From Chlorokybus atmophyticus (lineage: Eukaryota; Plantae; Mesostigma and Chlorokybus algae): a DNA stretch of 64,000 bases. Below, piece after piece: positions 40,244-50,678 of this stretch. The DNA lies in assembly GCA_009103225.1 (NCBI GenBank), contig RHPI01003156.1, positions 536,537 through 600,536 on the forward strand, read 5' to 3'. The notes below the pieces were generated by a model. That model did no database searches. It was not told the origin of the DNA and saw only the letters and a list, made by a program, of their open reading frames with translations. Numbering within the stretch: position 1 is the first letter of the stretch; each line of letters starts with the position of its first letter. The translations under genes were made by a program, and so were the position numbers.

Positions 40244-43200
40244 ATGGCGGAGGAAGCATCTGTGCACTTGCTTGTCGAGGAGCAACGTCGCAGGTTGGAT
40301 GAGGTGGAGGCTGTGAGGTGTTCACGCAATGACAATCAGCGTGAGTATGCAAAGCGGCGCAGGCAGGAAGACAAGTACTATGTGAACCAGCTGAAGGCAG
40401 AGTGTGGTCTGGTGAAGTCGCGGATGAATGCTACCGGTGTTTTCTTGCATGCGCTGACTTGTGGGAAGGTCTGGCGATGGGAAGGTGACAACCTCGTTCT
40501 GATGAAGGTGCGTGGTGCATGCCCTGGTGCACGTAACATGGCATGTGACTGATTGCAGGCGCACAGCGTGGCATTGTGTACTTTGTTGCTGAGTATTTGC
40601 ATGCTGTTTGCCCTACTTTGTCTTTTCCGTGCCATGCTGCGTTGCCTCTGACCTATCTTGAATGCTCTTGCGTTTTGTCTGCAGCCTGGAGAGCGTCGCG
40701 CTGTCCGTTGTGCTACTGGACAGGACTCGCAGGTAGTAGGTGTTATGCGCATGTGTGCATGTATGGATGTAATGGCAGTGTATTAAAACTGGAGCTGACA
40801 CATGTGTTCTAGCACGACGTGGACTTGGATCAGTCAGATTCAGACGAGGAAGAAGACCGGGAGGACCAGGAGAACATCTGTCTAGATTCCACTCAGCAGC
40901 GCAAGAGACAAAAGCAGCACCAGCCTGGTTTTCAACAGCAGGTCCCCTCCATACTTGCGTTGCATCAGCCATTGCATCAACACTCTCGCGTGGATCGAGA
41001 TGGCAATCGGGTCACGCTAGGGCCCATCATGAACAGGCTCCACAATTCAAGGAGTGCGCAGAAACCGCCCAGGACACCACATGCTTCTGGCCCAGGTGGG
41101 CGCCAGGGCTAGGGTGTCAAAGTTACTCTATCAGTGGCGACGCCTACAATGCTCCTTACTGGTAGCGCTCATAAGCTGAAGCAGCCTCTAGACGTTGCTG
41201 TTTACTCAGTGTTGCTATGCTGTACATAAGGCAATAAAAGTGTGAAGAGTACCTGAATGCCCGTTGTGTTGTGTGTGCAGACAATGTGAGGACTGCCACT
41301 GTGCATGCAGACACTGCGTACCGGCAGACCCGTGTGTTCAGCCAACTGGAGGTACTCGCAGTGTGTGTGGATGAGTGAATATGCATTATGCACAGTGGGC
41401 TTGTGCGGTTGGCACTGGGGGGTATAGGATATTGCAAGGTATTCATGTGTTGGAGGTGCTACATATATCTGCGAACGAGTCCTCGCAATGTGATGTATGA
41501 CTTGCATGATCGGCCACACGTGTACAGGCTGGTGTACGATTGCATATGCAAGATTGCACCTATAAATGTGTACTGAATTGCCTAGTGTGTGTTGCTAGTT
41601 CATGAGGCTCGAAGTGCAAAGGTTGTCCGCCGAGCTTGACTCCATGGGCGTGGTCAGAGACGGGTTGAGGAAGGAGGTTGAATGCTTGTCAGCAGCGTTG
41701 AGGGAGAAAGAAGCTGAGGAAAGTAGTCACACTGCCACCGAAGTGGGGGAGGCGAGGCAGCAGGCCCAACTTCTGCGTGAAAAAAACACAGTGAGCCGTG
41801 TTGATCATGTGGCAGGCCTGCAACTGCGTTAACCACGAGGAGGATGTTGAAATGTACCTGATTGTCTGACCTTGTAGGAATTACAAGAGCAGCTGCGGCG
41901 CAATGTCGCAGAGGATAATAAGCGGAGACAGGAGGCTGCGTGTGCCATACAAGACCTGAAGGATGAGTTAGAGGATGTGCAGCAGCATGCAGAGGTAGGG
42001 TGCCTGGTGACAAACACATTGCCTCATGCTATGCACGCTTGGTGCATGGGTCTCATGCTCGATACTGAACAGGTGTTGGAGACTTCTGTGCGAGAGGGGA
42101 CTGAGTTCATGAATGCAGAGAGGCGTCGGCGGCTCAGGGCTGAGCGTGATCTGGAAGGTTACCGCGGCAAGCTGGTAGAGTTGGAGGATGTAATTGCGGG
42201 TCTGCGGGAGACAGTGCGTACGAGTGGTCTTCCACGCCCGTCGCAGTATGACGCCCACGTGGCTGATGAGGTGCGGCAGTTATATGAAGGCGGTGTCCAG
42301 GAAGCTGCGAGTGAGCAGCCCGATGAGCCTCTGGGGTGTGCTGTTCGTGATGTGGCAGCGCTGCTGCTGCCAATAGACGCAGTAGTTTTCTTAACAGCTG
42401 TGGCTGCCAAGTACAACATCACTCCAGCACGCATCCTGATGAGAGCGGGTAATCAACGATTGCCTGGCGCTGTGGTGGTGGTGACTGGGGCCAGGCAGCA
42501 AGGCACCTTGCTGATCGCTGCATGGTCCGACCCTTTGCGCTGCCTGTTGCGTCATGGGATGAGGGTGACTGAAGTGCCTGTCAGCACACAGAGTCAACGT
42601 GCCACTACAAGTGCGCCAGAAGGTGATGAGCTCCCTGATGCAGTGCTGCGTACACTCGACAGGCTAATGGATGCTGAAAGGCAACGTCAAGTGGAGCGCA
42701 ACAAAGTAGACCCAGACCTGCGCGTAGTGGACTGGAAAGATGAGTGGGAGAGCTCTGGGACTGTGCTGCGACGGGTATTCGGGGCCCTGACTGGGTATAA
42801 TGCCATGGAGAGGGTGCAGTCACCAACACCTGTGCAAGTGCGGGCTGCAACCATGCAGCGCAACAAAACCCTGTTCCTGATGCACAGCACACTGTATGCG
42901 AGGAGCAAGTTTGCGTACTCAATACTGCACCTGGTGGTCACTGATGAGGTGGACATGCACTCTCAAGGCAACAAGCTCATTAAGACACTGAACCGTTTGG
43001 GGGTGGCTGTCAGCCGCAGTCATATTGATCGTCACATCCACTCCAGAGCCCTCAACAACCTTAACTCCATGGCGAGGCTGCAGCCGCGACCCGGCATGCA
43101 TGTGCTGGCATCGATAGACAACCTGGATATCAAAGCAGGACATCAGGCCAGGTATAAAGGCAGGAAGGGCGGAGACATCCATGCAACATCAACTCAACTG

Positions 43201-46200
43201 ACCTCAACACAGGGGCGTGCAGCCAACGAGCCATTGCCATTGCAGGTATTATTTGATATGTTACTGGCACGTCAGCAATGCATGGGAAGATGAAGTGCTG
43301 ACAAGCAATACTGTGTGCCTGTTGCAGCCATCCAGGAACCGAACTCTGGCTGAATCGATGATAGCAGAGCCTCAAGCAGACCCCATGCCGATGCCAGCCG
43401 CCCTGCCACGCAGAGCTGCGGTGCTGCAAAGTGGCCCCATTCTCAACCTGCAACCAGCGGAGACGGAAGCACTTGAGTGCTTCACAAACAATATGCTCAA
43501 TACTGTACTGCTCCGCATGCAACAAGATGATCAAGCCTCGCTGCCGACTCTGAAGGAGGATTGGGCGAGGTACATGCAGTTGTCAACTGGAGAGACCACT
43601 GTTGTGAAGAACGACATCGAGTACCTGCCTGTGCTTCCATTCTGTCCAGACAACATTGACAATCTCAAGCATGCGCTGTTGCAACTGCGTGCCAAGGTGG
43701 GCATCACCGATGCGAATGGCAAGATATGTGTAACCGGCGACCAGAAGACCTTTTCACTGATGCATGCCCTCAAAAAGGCAGAACCTGGATACTGGGAATG
43801 GGTGGTGCCACTGCCTGGAGATTTCCATGTGTTGATGAACATGCAGTCGGTGCTGACCAAAATGGCGTGGGATGCTGAGCTGGATGCACTGTCTTTGGAA
43901 GCGGGATTCTCTGTATCAACTGCCCGCAACCACATAGCGGACGGGTCTCACTGGAAGAAGATCCACAACTTCTTGGTCAAAGCTTGGGAGGCCCTAATCA
44001 GACACATGTTCATGCTGTGGGAGGAGGCAGAGCGGGATGAAGTCCTGCGCATGTGCAGAACATACTTGGAGCAGAACGGGGTCAGTGCCACCAAGACCAC
44101 ATCCTTTTTCAGACTGTGGTGCACAGAGCAGGCGAAGTCTGATCATACATGGCAGTTCTGGTGGAACTTTGTCAACCGTGACATGCTCAATTACCTGGGT
44201 CTCTTTTGCTCAGTGCGCCAGAAGATTTGGCACTTGAGGCTTGCAACATGGAAGGGTCTGAGCCCGCTCCCATTTGCCTGGGATTGGTACCACTACCAGA
44301 AGGTGATGACACTGCATCTCGGGGACCTGCAGCAAATGCCTTAGGATCTGCGTGACATGTTGGAATCGGGTGGCTTTGCATTGAGCCTCACCGGAGCAGC
44401 CGGTAGGATGGTGGCGCTGGATGAGGCGCACGAGTGTCAGGTGAACCGTGATATGAAGATGTCATTGTGCAGGCCAACTACTGAACAGCTGCGGCAAAAG
44501 TCATTGTACCTGGGAGAGCGCAGCCAATCTCATAAGCAATTCCAGAGGCAGTTGCTGCTAGACAACGAGCTGTTGAACAATGACCTCAACGATGATGCCG
44601 ACGACGACCACAACAGGGTGATGCGTATTTTGACGACAGATGCCTCACGATGTGGCAGTGATCTACAGCACATGTCCACGCTGCTCATCAACAGTCAAGC
44701 ACTGGCACGACCTCACCAGCAGCAGTTGCTACATCTGACATCCGGAGCTCCGGCATCAGCAGCTGCTTCCGCTGACCTGGCCCGCCAGTACTAGGTCGGG
44801 TTAGAGGCTTTGAAATCATTCGTGGAGGTCGAGTTGTGCCGAGAAGCAGCTCCTTGCAAAGTCAGTAGGCGATTCAACCTGAAAACAATGGCGGCTGCCA
44901 AGAAGCGAGTTACCAAACAGGGCACAGTGTTGAAACAGTACAGACAGGAAATGCTGGTCGTCAAGCGCCTTGCTGCAACAGGAGCAGACAAGGACGCTGT
45001 CACTGCCCGATACCGTGAACACCCTTGGGCATTATTCGAAGAGTCAACAGGCAAGATGAGGTCGGGCGATAAATCCAAATTTCTATCTGAAGTGGCTGGT
45101 CATGATGCACCATGCTGGAGCCGCATCTCGCCGCCAGGCGTGGAGTGCATCATCCTCGAGGGCATGTTCCTCATTAACAAAGAGCCACAGATCACCCAAG
45201 GCAAGATTAAGGACTACATCAGCCACCTGATGCGTACCTCAGTCCTGAGCCGTCTCGCCAACCCCACCGTGCGTAGTGTGCATGTCGTGTTTGATACACC
45301 TAGACTGCAAACCGGTGTGAAGTCTTCCCTGCAAACTGCACGGGATGGTACAGCCAGAGCATCCGGAGGATGCCTCACTCTGGACACGGAGCTACCCAGG
45401 TCTTGGCGGGATATCCTCAAGGACAGGAGTCTGAAACGCTCGCTGTGCGAGCTCATCACAGAGCATATGCCGGCCTTACTGGCAGAGCACCTGCGCCCAG
45501 ACCAAGAGGTGGTGTTCGCCGGCGGTTCAGACCACCAGCAACAGGGTGACTTTGCACGCGTGGTGGCATGCGACATGAACAATGCCACATCCATCAGCCA
45601 TGTTGAGGACTACATTTGCAATCATGGAGAGGCGGACTCGAGAGTGTGGGTGCATGCGCACAACGCTCCCTACAACAACATCCTCATTTACTCACCAGAC
45701 ACAGACGTCACGATGATCGGGGTTGCCGTGACTGAGCAGTGGGACACCTCCTTAAAGGAAGTCACCGTGCAGGTAGCGCAGAATTCCTCCGGATCCACGC
45801 GCCCTCCCTTCATAAACCTGAACATCCTGCGCCAACACGTCAACTGCATGTATCAACTTAGCAGCATGCCTGAGGGTATGCGTGGATGGTTGCTGCTTGT
45901 GGTCTATACAGCCACTGGCAGCGACTACACTTCATTCATTGGCGGCATCTCCAAGCAGTTCATCTGGCGCACGGTCCTTGCGCAGCACACTGCGTTCATC
46001 ACTGGAGATGTTAGCGGTGAAGAACATGAGATGTGCTTTGCAGTGCTTCGTCTGCTCGGATGCTCATACTTTGAGAAGTACCGATCGTCGTTTGATAGCG
46101 GCACACCAGCTTCGCTGTACTACGAGTTGCACGGGCCTGATGCTACCACATCCGACAAGGTGTATTTGGGGGACTGGTTGGAAGCCATCCATAAGACGGT

Positions 46201-46717
46201 ATGGAAGAAGATTGCTACCCCCAGGGATACTATGCCGACAGTCGATGCACTGTGGTTGCACGCGTTGCGCGCGGTGTATGCAGTGCAGATGTGGATGCAA
46301 AGCTGTCAGTCCGATATGAACATGCCTGACCTGTCCGAATATGGCTTTGAGGAGGCAGATGGAGTGTGGACCGCAGTGCAAGACCTCGCAGAGAACATGG
46401 AAGTCGCCAAGAACAATAGGCATCGGCTGATGAAGGGATGTGCCTGCAAGACCTCCAGCTGCAGGGGCAAAAGGTGCTCGTGTAGAAAGGCCGGCAAAGC
46501 CTGCACTGACAGCTGCCAGTGCCTGGGATGCGACAACCACAGTCACACCAGCCACAATGCAAATGGACATGTTTCGGGAGTCACCGCGTCACACGCGCAG
46601 ACGCCCCTAACTGGGGCAGGCCATACAGACGACGACATTGACTGGGAGTTTCAGCAGACGGACGACAGTGACAGCGACATCGAAGACCTCACTCACATGG
46701 ACTTGGACGACATCTAA
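40244..46717 (+). pseudogene. Academ transposase-XPG nuclease-CXC protein, spliced, with two in-frame TAG codons
   Basis: Coiled-coil 5' exons (structure tentative). Transposase core: SIDNLD, VTGDQKT, PLPGDFHVLMN, ALDEAHE. XPG/FEN1-like acidic motifs: LEGMFL, HVVFD, NHGEADSR, SPDTDV, TGSDY. C-terminal CACKTSSCRGKRCSCRKAGKACTDSCQCLGC. Intron 43246-43327 joins frames. TAGs at 44342-44344 and 44792-44794 are in frame, with no frameshift from 43328 to 46717. Confidence 0.88.
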
Positions 46718-46878
46718 CTGACCCCTCCCGCAAAGGCCATTACTACAGAGTTGTTGAGGCGATCTCACATTTTTAGGGTTGACCGCACAAAATCAGGGCA
46801 CAGTCCATATCGGCGGCGACGGACGGTGGTGTGGCGTCAGAAGCGCTCTGCTGGTGTGGCCTGTTGTCGTCAGCCTCC

Positions 46879-48549
46879 ATGGGGTTGACTGCATTGATAT
46901 GTGACGTCTGCAACGCATTCGTCGTCAACAATGGTCAGCGGTCACGTCTGAATCGCCACAAACAACAATGCCAGCAATACCTGGGCTGGTTTGGCTACAC
47001 TGCGGCGTGCTGGCATCATCACGCTGCAGGCCTTCACATCCTGCAGTGCAGAGGCAAGGAACGATGCATCGCTCCAGAGTTTTACAACAGTCAATGCCAG
47101 TGCAGTGAGTGTCAATGCTCTCAATTTGAGTGGCATGGGCAACCCATGCGTTACATGCCATACGTCAGGCCAGGCAGCACACCACAACCACAACAAACTG
47201 CAAGACCAAAGGTATTGCACTGCTCTCAAGTGCATGCTTGCCTGATATAGAGTTGAGCGATGTGTGAGTGACCCACTCATACGTGCGGCAGGGGAGGCGG
47301 CCGCGATGTGGTCGCGGTCCTTCTGCAATGCCATTATCGCACAGCGTCGAGAGTACCAACACCCACCCGCAACCTGGGACAGACACACGTGCCATGGAGT
47401 TGAGGGCGCGTTGTAGCAAGGGTGGCCCCTTTTTGGTGGGCTACAATGTGCTTGTGTACTGGACAGCGGACGACGAGTGGTATGGGGGCACCATTTACAA
47501 CTTCAACCAGCAGAACAGTAAGTGTTCATTGCACACACACACTGCGCTGCGCTCACCTCCTTGGACGGGCACTCACTGTTGGCTGCCGCTTGCATCAGAA
47601 CGCCACAGCGTGCGGTTCGACGACGGTGATGTGCAACACCTGCACATCCCCTTGCACAACATTGTTGTAACTTTTCCTGCCAATGGCAGCATCAGCTGCC
47701 ACCGAATCGGAGGACAGCGAGTTCAGCAACATCGCAAAGCCAATCCTCCTTGCACAGTTATCCCTTTGTGGTCCGAGTCAACAGCACTCTTACTCACAAG
47801 GACTCACATACGCGGTGATGGTGTTCCACATCGCCCCAAGTTACTCGACCTCTGCTGTGGTGGAGGTGGAGCCAGCATGGGAATGTACCGAGCAGGCTTC
47901 GATGTCACTGGCGTGGACATCCAATCACAGCCAGAATACCCATTCCCATTCATCCAAGCAGATGTGCTGACCACCGACCTGCAACCATACGACATCATCT
48001 GGGCTAGCCCGCCCTGCCAAGCGTACGCGAGTTGCATCCCAAAATCCCAACGTCAGCGTCATGCAGACCATTGGCAACACAGCACGCTGCTCCCTGACCT
48101 TCGCAAAGTACTGCAAGACAGTGGGAAGCCTTACATCATCGAGAACATACCATCCGCCGCAGATCACATGGCATCAAACTTGGTGCTATGCGGAACCATG
48201 TTCGGGCTTGCTACCTTTCGGCACAGACTGATTGAGACCAAGCCCATGCTTACCTTAGACTTGGTGTGCGATCACGCATCCAAGAGCTTAAGCTCCCTAT
48301 CCTCACACACGACAACAAGAGTCAATGCCCAAGACTCGCAGGCAACACAACAGATGTTCCCTGTCTACGGGAAAGCAGCATCTCGTGGCACACTCACCGG
48401 TTGGCAGCAAGCTCTGGGCATCGAATGGATTTCATTCAGAAACCACTTTAGTCGAATGCATCCCCCCCGCTTACTCAGAGTACATTGGCAGGCTGATGCT
48501 TGAGCACCTAGGGTACACAGTGAACAGCAGACCATTATCATGGTCATGA
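46879..48549 (+). CDS. Cargo gene: putative Zn finger/Cys-rich + Tudor-like domain + C5 DNA-cytosine methyltransferase (phage/bacterial type); +1 frameshift near the C-terminus
   Basis: Exon 46879-47211 (CDVC..x12..HKQQC, Cys-rich). Intron 47212-47291. Tudor-like LVGYNVLVYWTADDEWYGGTI..|HSVRFDDGDVQHL with intron 47518-47598. MTase motif I LDLCCGGGGASMG, GVDI, catalytic IIWASPPCQAY, motif VI YIIENI, LCGTMFGL..FRHRLIE. An extra T at 48447-48449 shifts motif X (LVECIPPAYSEYIG); stop TGA at 48547-48549. Confidence 0.85.
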
Positions 48550-48969
48550 CATAGAACTTGGGCTAGTCTACATCGATACACACAGAGCAAGCACGTTATT
48601 AACATGCAGTTGTTGCTATGTACAAGCTGGTCAAAGCAGCTGTCTAACCAACCACCAACCCCGAAGACAGGATCAGTGTGCCTCACGACTTCGTGCACAG
48701 CTGGGCAACATGCACAAGTGTTCATTGGGGTTGTGCACAGCACACCACATCCACACCCATGCAAACTGAAATGAAGCACACCACACAAACAAATCAGGCA
48801 TTGTCCCTCAGTACAAATGCACTCGCAGTTGCTAGCTGCATCTCCACTAATGCACGTTGCGCAACGCTCACCGGTGAGCACAGACAATGCTACATGTACA
48901 AGACATAGCAGTTAGCAGCAGAATTAACCATGACACATCAAGCAGTGCCAACAACTGCTACCAACCTAG

Positions 48970-50145
48970 GCCGGTGTCTCTTGCATATGGCAATTAGCCT
49001 CCTGGAGCTTGGTTGCGCGCGTGCGAATGAGGGGCTGCATCAACGCGTTCAGCGAGACTTCAACAGGCATTGCTCTACCACTCAGCAGAGCAGTATATCA
49101 AGCCAACACAGGAGCACGCAAACAGTCAGCATACAGCAGCAATTCTTATACACCAGCATGGCATCGACTGCAAAAGTACAATTGCGAACACTGTACCATG
49201 TTGGAGCGGAAGTACTGGCTGCCACCCACCACCCTCCACTGCAGGAGGCGGGTGAGGCAAACCAGGATTGCCATCATCACCATGTTCGCCACCTTGCAGC
49301 ATATGCAGGCTCCACTGCCCAATCTCGAACGGCAACCACTCAGTGTCATGCCACTGCTCGACCCAATGTCGTCGGCGACCCGGCTCCATATCACAGTCAG
49401 TGCCAATAACCCAGCGTGCTAAGACAACCCCCCCCACTACATGCTCCACAACCAACAAATCACTACTCAAGCGCAGAGGCAAGCCTCCACCACGCCGTAC
49501 ACGGTGCAAACTATACCGGAACCCAAACCCACCCGGCAACTCCACATGCAATTCCCTCAAACCATCGCCCAATGGAACCCCAGACGCTGATATGCGCACT
49601 GGACATCCCAGTGGCACCTAACAACAGACACACAGTGAATGTTGGCAACATTCCAAGACGCACATTACTGCCGCATGCAAACACCTAAAGTAAAACAATT
49701 TAGTTAGACAGCCAGCATGCTCACCTGTTCGTAACCAGATTGGTAGAACGATCCACTACGCCTGATATGCGGCAAAGGACCGCCTATCGATACAGACACA
49801 CTCAGTGGGGCGTGGTCGTCATTAACGCCGGGCGCAGCCATCACACCCAGAACACCGACAGCCACAACGAACCCGCCGCCAGGACCACAACTACCCGCCA
49901 AAACCCGCACCCCAAACAGGGCGATATCACCGCCAGCCTCGATATCGACTTAACCAAACGCAATATTTTAACAACACGGCTACACCATCAACCACTGACC
50001 GACAGCGCTGTCCACCGTTTACCCTAAACTGCAAATCCTTTACGCAACATAGCCCACAGTCACACAGCGTCGGCACAAGGCTGATCGACAGCACAAGATC
50101 GACATCTTCAACCACTGATTCGACACTGATCCAGCGACGCAACAA
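48970..50145 (-). CDS. Possible third, spliced gene of unknown function inside the Academ element
   Basis: Codon-like minus-strand segments (LRELHVELPGGFGFRYSLHRV; HWVEQWHDTEWLPFEIGQW; ...GSFYQSGYEQ|GTGAGC donor). Strand composition mirrors GT-rich sense introns. Exon structure not resolved. Confidence 0.35.
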
Positions 50146-50599
50146 AGCACCTCAAACCGTCCAAATTCGTGGCGGATACAACCACCTAGACGGTGTCGAT
50201 AATCGTAGCACAACACAGACAAACGTTACGCAACAAAGCGACACAGCTCGTCCACAGCACCCACAGAGCTCATCGGGCCGGTTTAAGCTTTGCCTGGGCG
50301 GAAGGCCTCTGGCGTCCTGACTGCTTCATAAGTGCCATCATCCAAAGGTCGCGACTTGCCTAATGGCAGTCGCGTCTGACTGACCAGTTCAGTCGGCGCG
50401 GCAGGACGCGACCTGCCTGTCGCGATGCGACCTGTGGGGCCGGCAGCGGTGCGCTATGCGCGCGCTGACCGGTATTGGCCTAAATTGGCCGGTCCTTGGG
50501 TGGTGGGGCCGGTGACCGACCCTAAATCAGACCCCTGGGAAGATTCCCCAGCTGATGGGCGCCAGCTGCCGAGGACGTCAGCGTTCTTAAGTGGGGGGA

Positions 50600-50678
50600 T
50601 GTAACGGGAAGGTGCATTCAATTACCACAAATCAACCATAAAAGCACCAAGTCTTTTGTGGTCGAGTGGGCTGTGACA
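50600..50678 (+). repeat. 3' LTR (79 bp)
   Basis: TGTAACGGGAAGG...GAGTGGGCTGTGACA, preceded by a polypurine tract at 50589-50599. Confidence 0.88.

Larger units (their letters stand above)
39811..50323 (+). mobile_element. Full-length Academ-type (AcademX) DNA transposon, 10,513 bp, with cargo genes
   Basis: TIR CAGTCAGGACGCCAGAGGCCTTC (39811-39833) and its exact reverse complement (50301-50323). CTTC on both sides (39807-39810 and 50324-50327). Encodes DDE, XPG-like and Cys-rich domains in the Academ order. Confidence 0.9.
39633..50678 (+). mobile_element. Non-autonomous miniature LTR retroelement (TRIM-like, ~0.53 kb when empty) interrupted by the Academ element
   Basis: Two 79-bp TG..CA direct repeats (39633-39711 and 50600-50678; 8 mismatches). 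PBS-like TGGTCATTGG follows the 5' LTR. PPT AAGTGGGGGGA precedes the 3' LTR. Flanks CCACA/CAACA resemble a 5-bp TSD with one mismatch. Confidence 0.85.

Noticed and set aside
44342-44794. TAG reassigned to Gln (as in some ulvophyte algae) to explain the in-frame stops
   Set aside because: Host genes in this window end in TAG (TRFL, VOC, LSM7) and TAA (AGT2, vWA, TVP38), so both codons act as stops.
40244-48549. Bacterial contamination or giant-virus insertion as the source of the MTase and nuclease
   Set aside because: The genes have spliceosomal GT-AG introns and lie within TIRs and a TSD nested in a host LTR element. No viral hallmark genes were seen.
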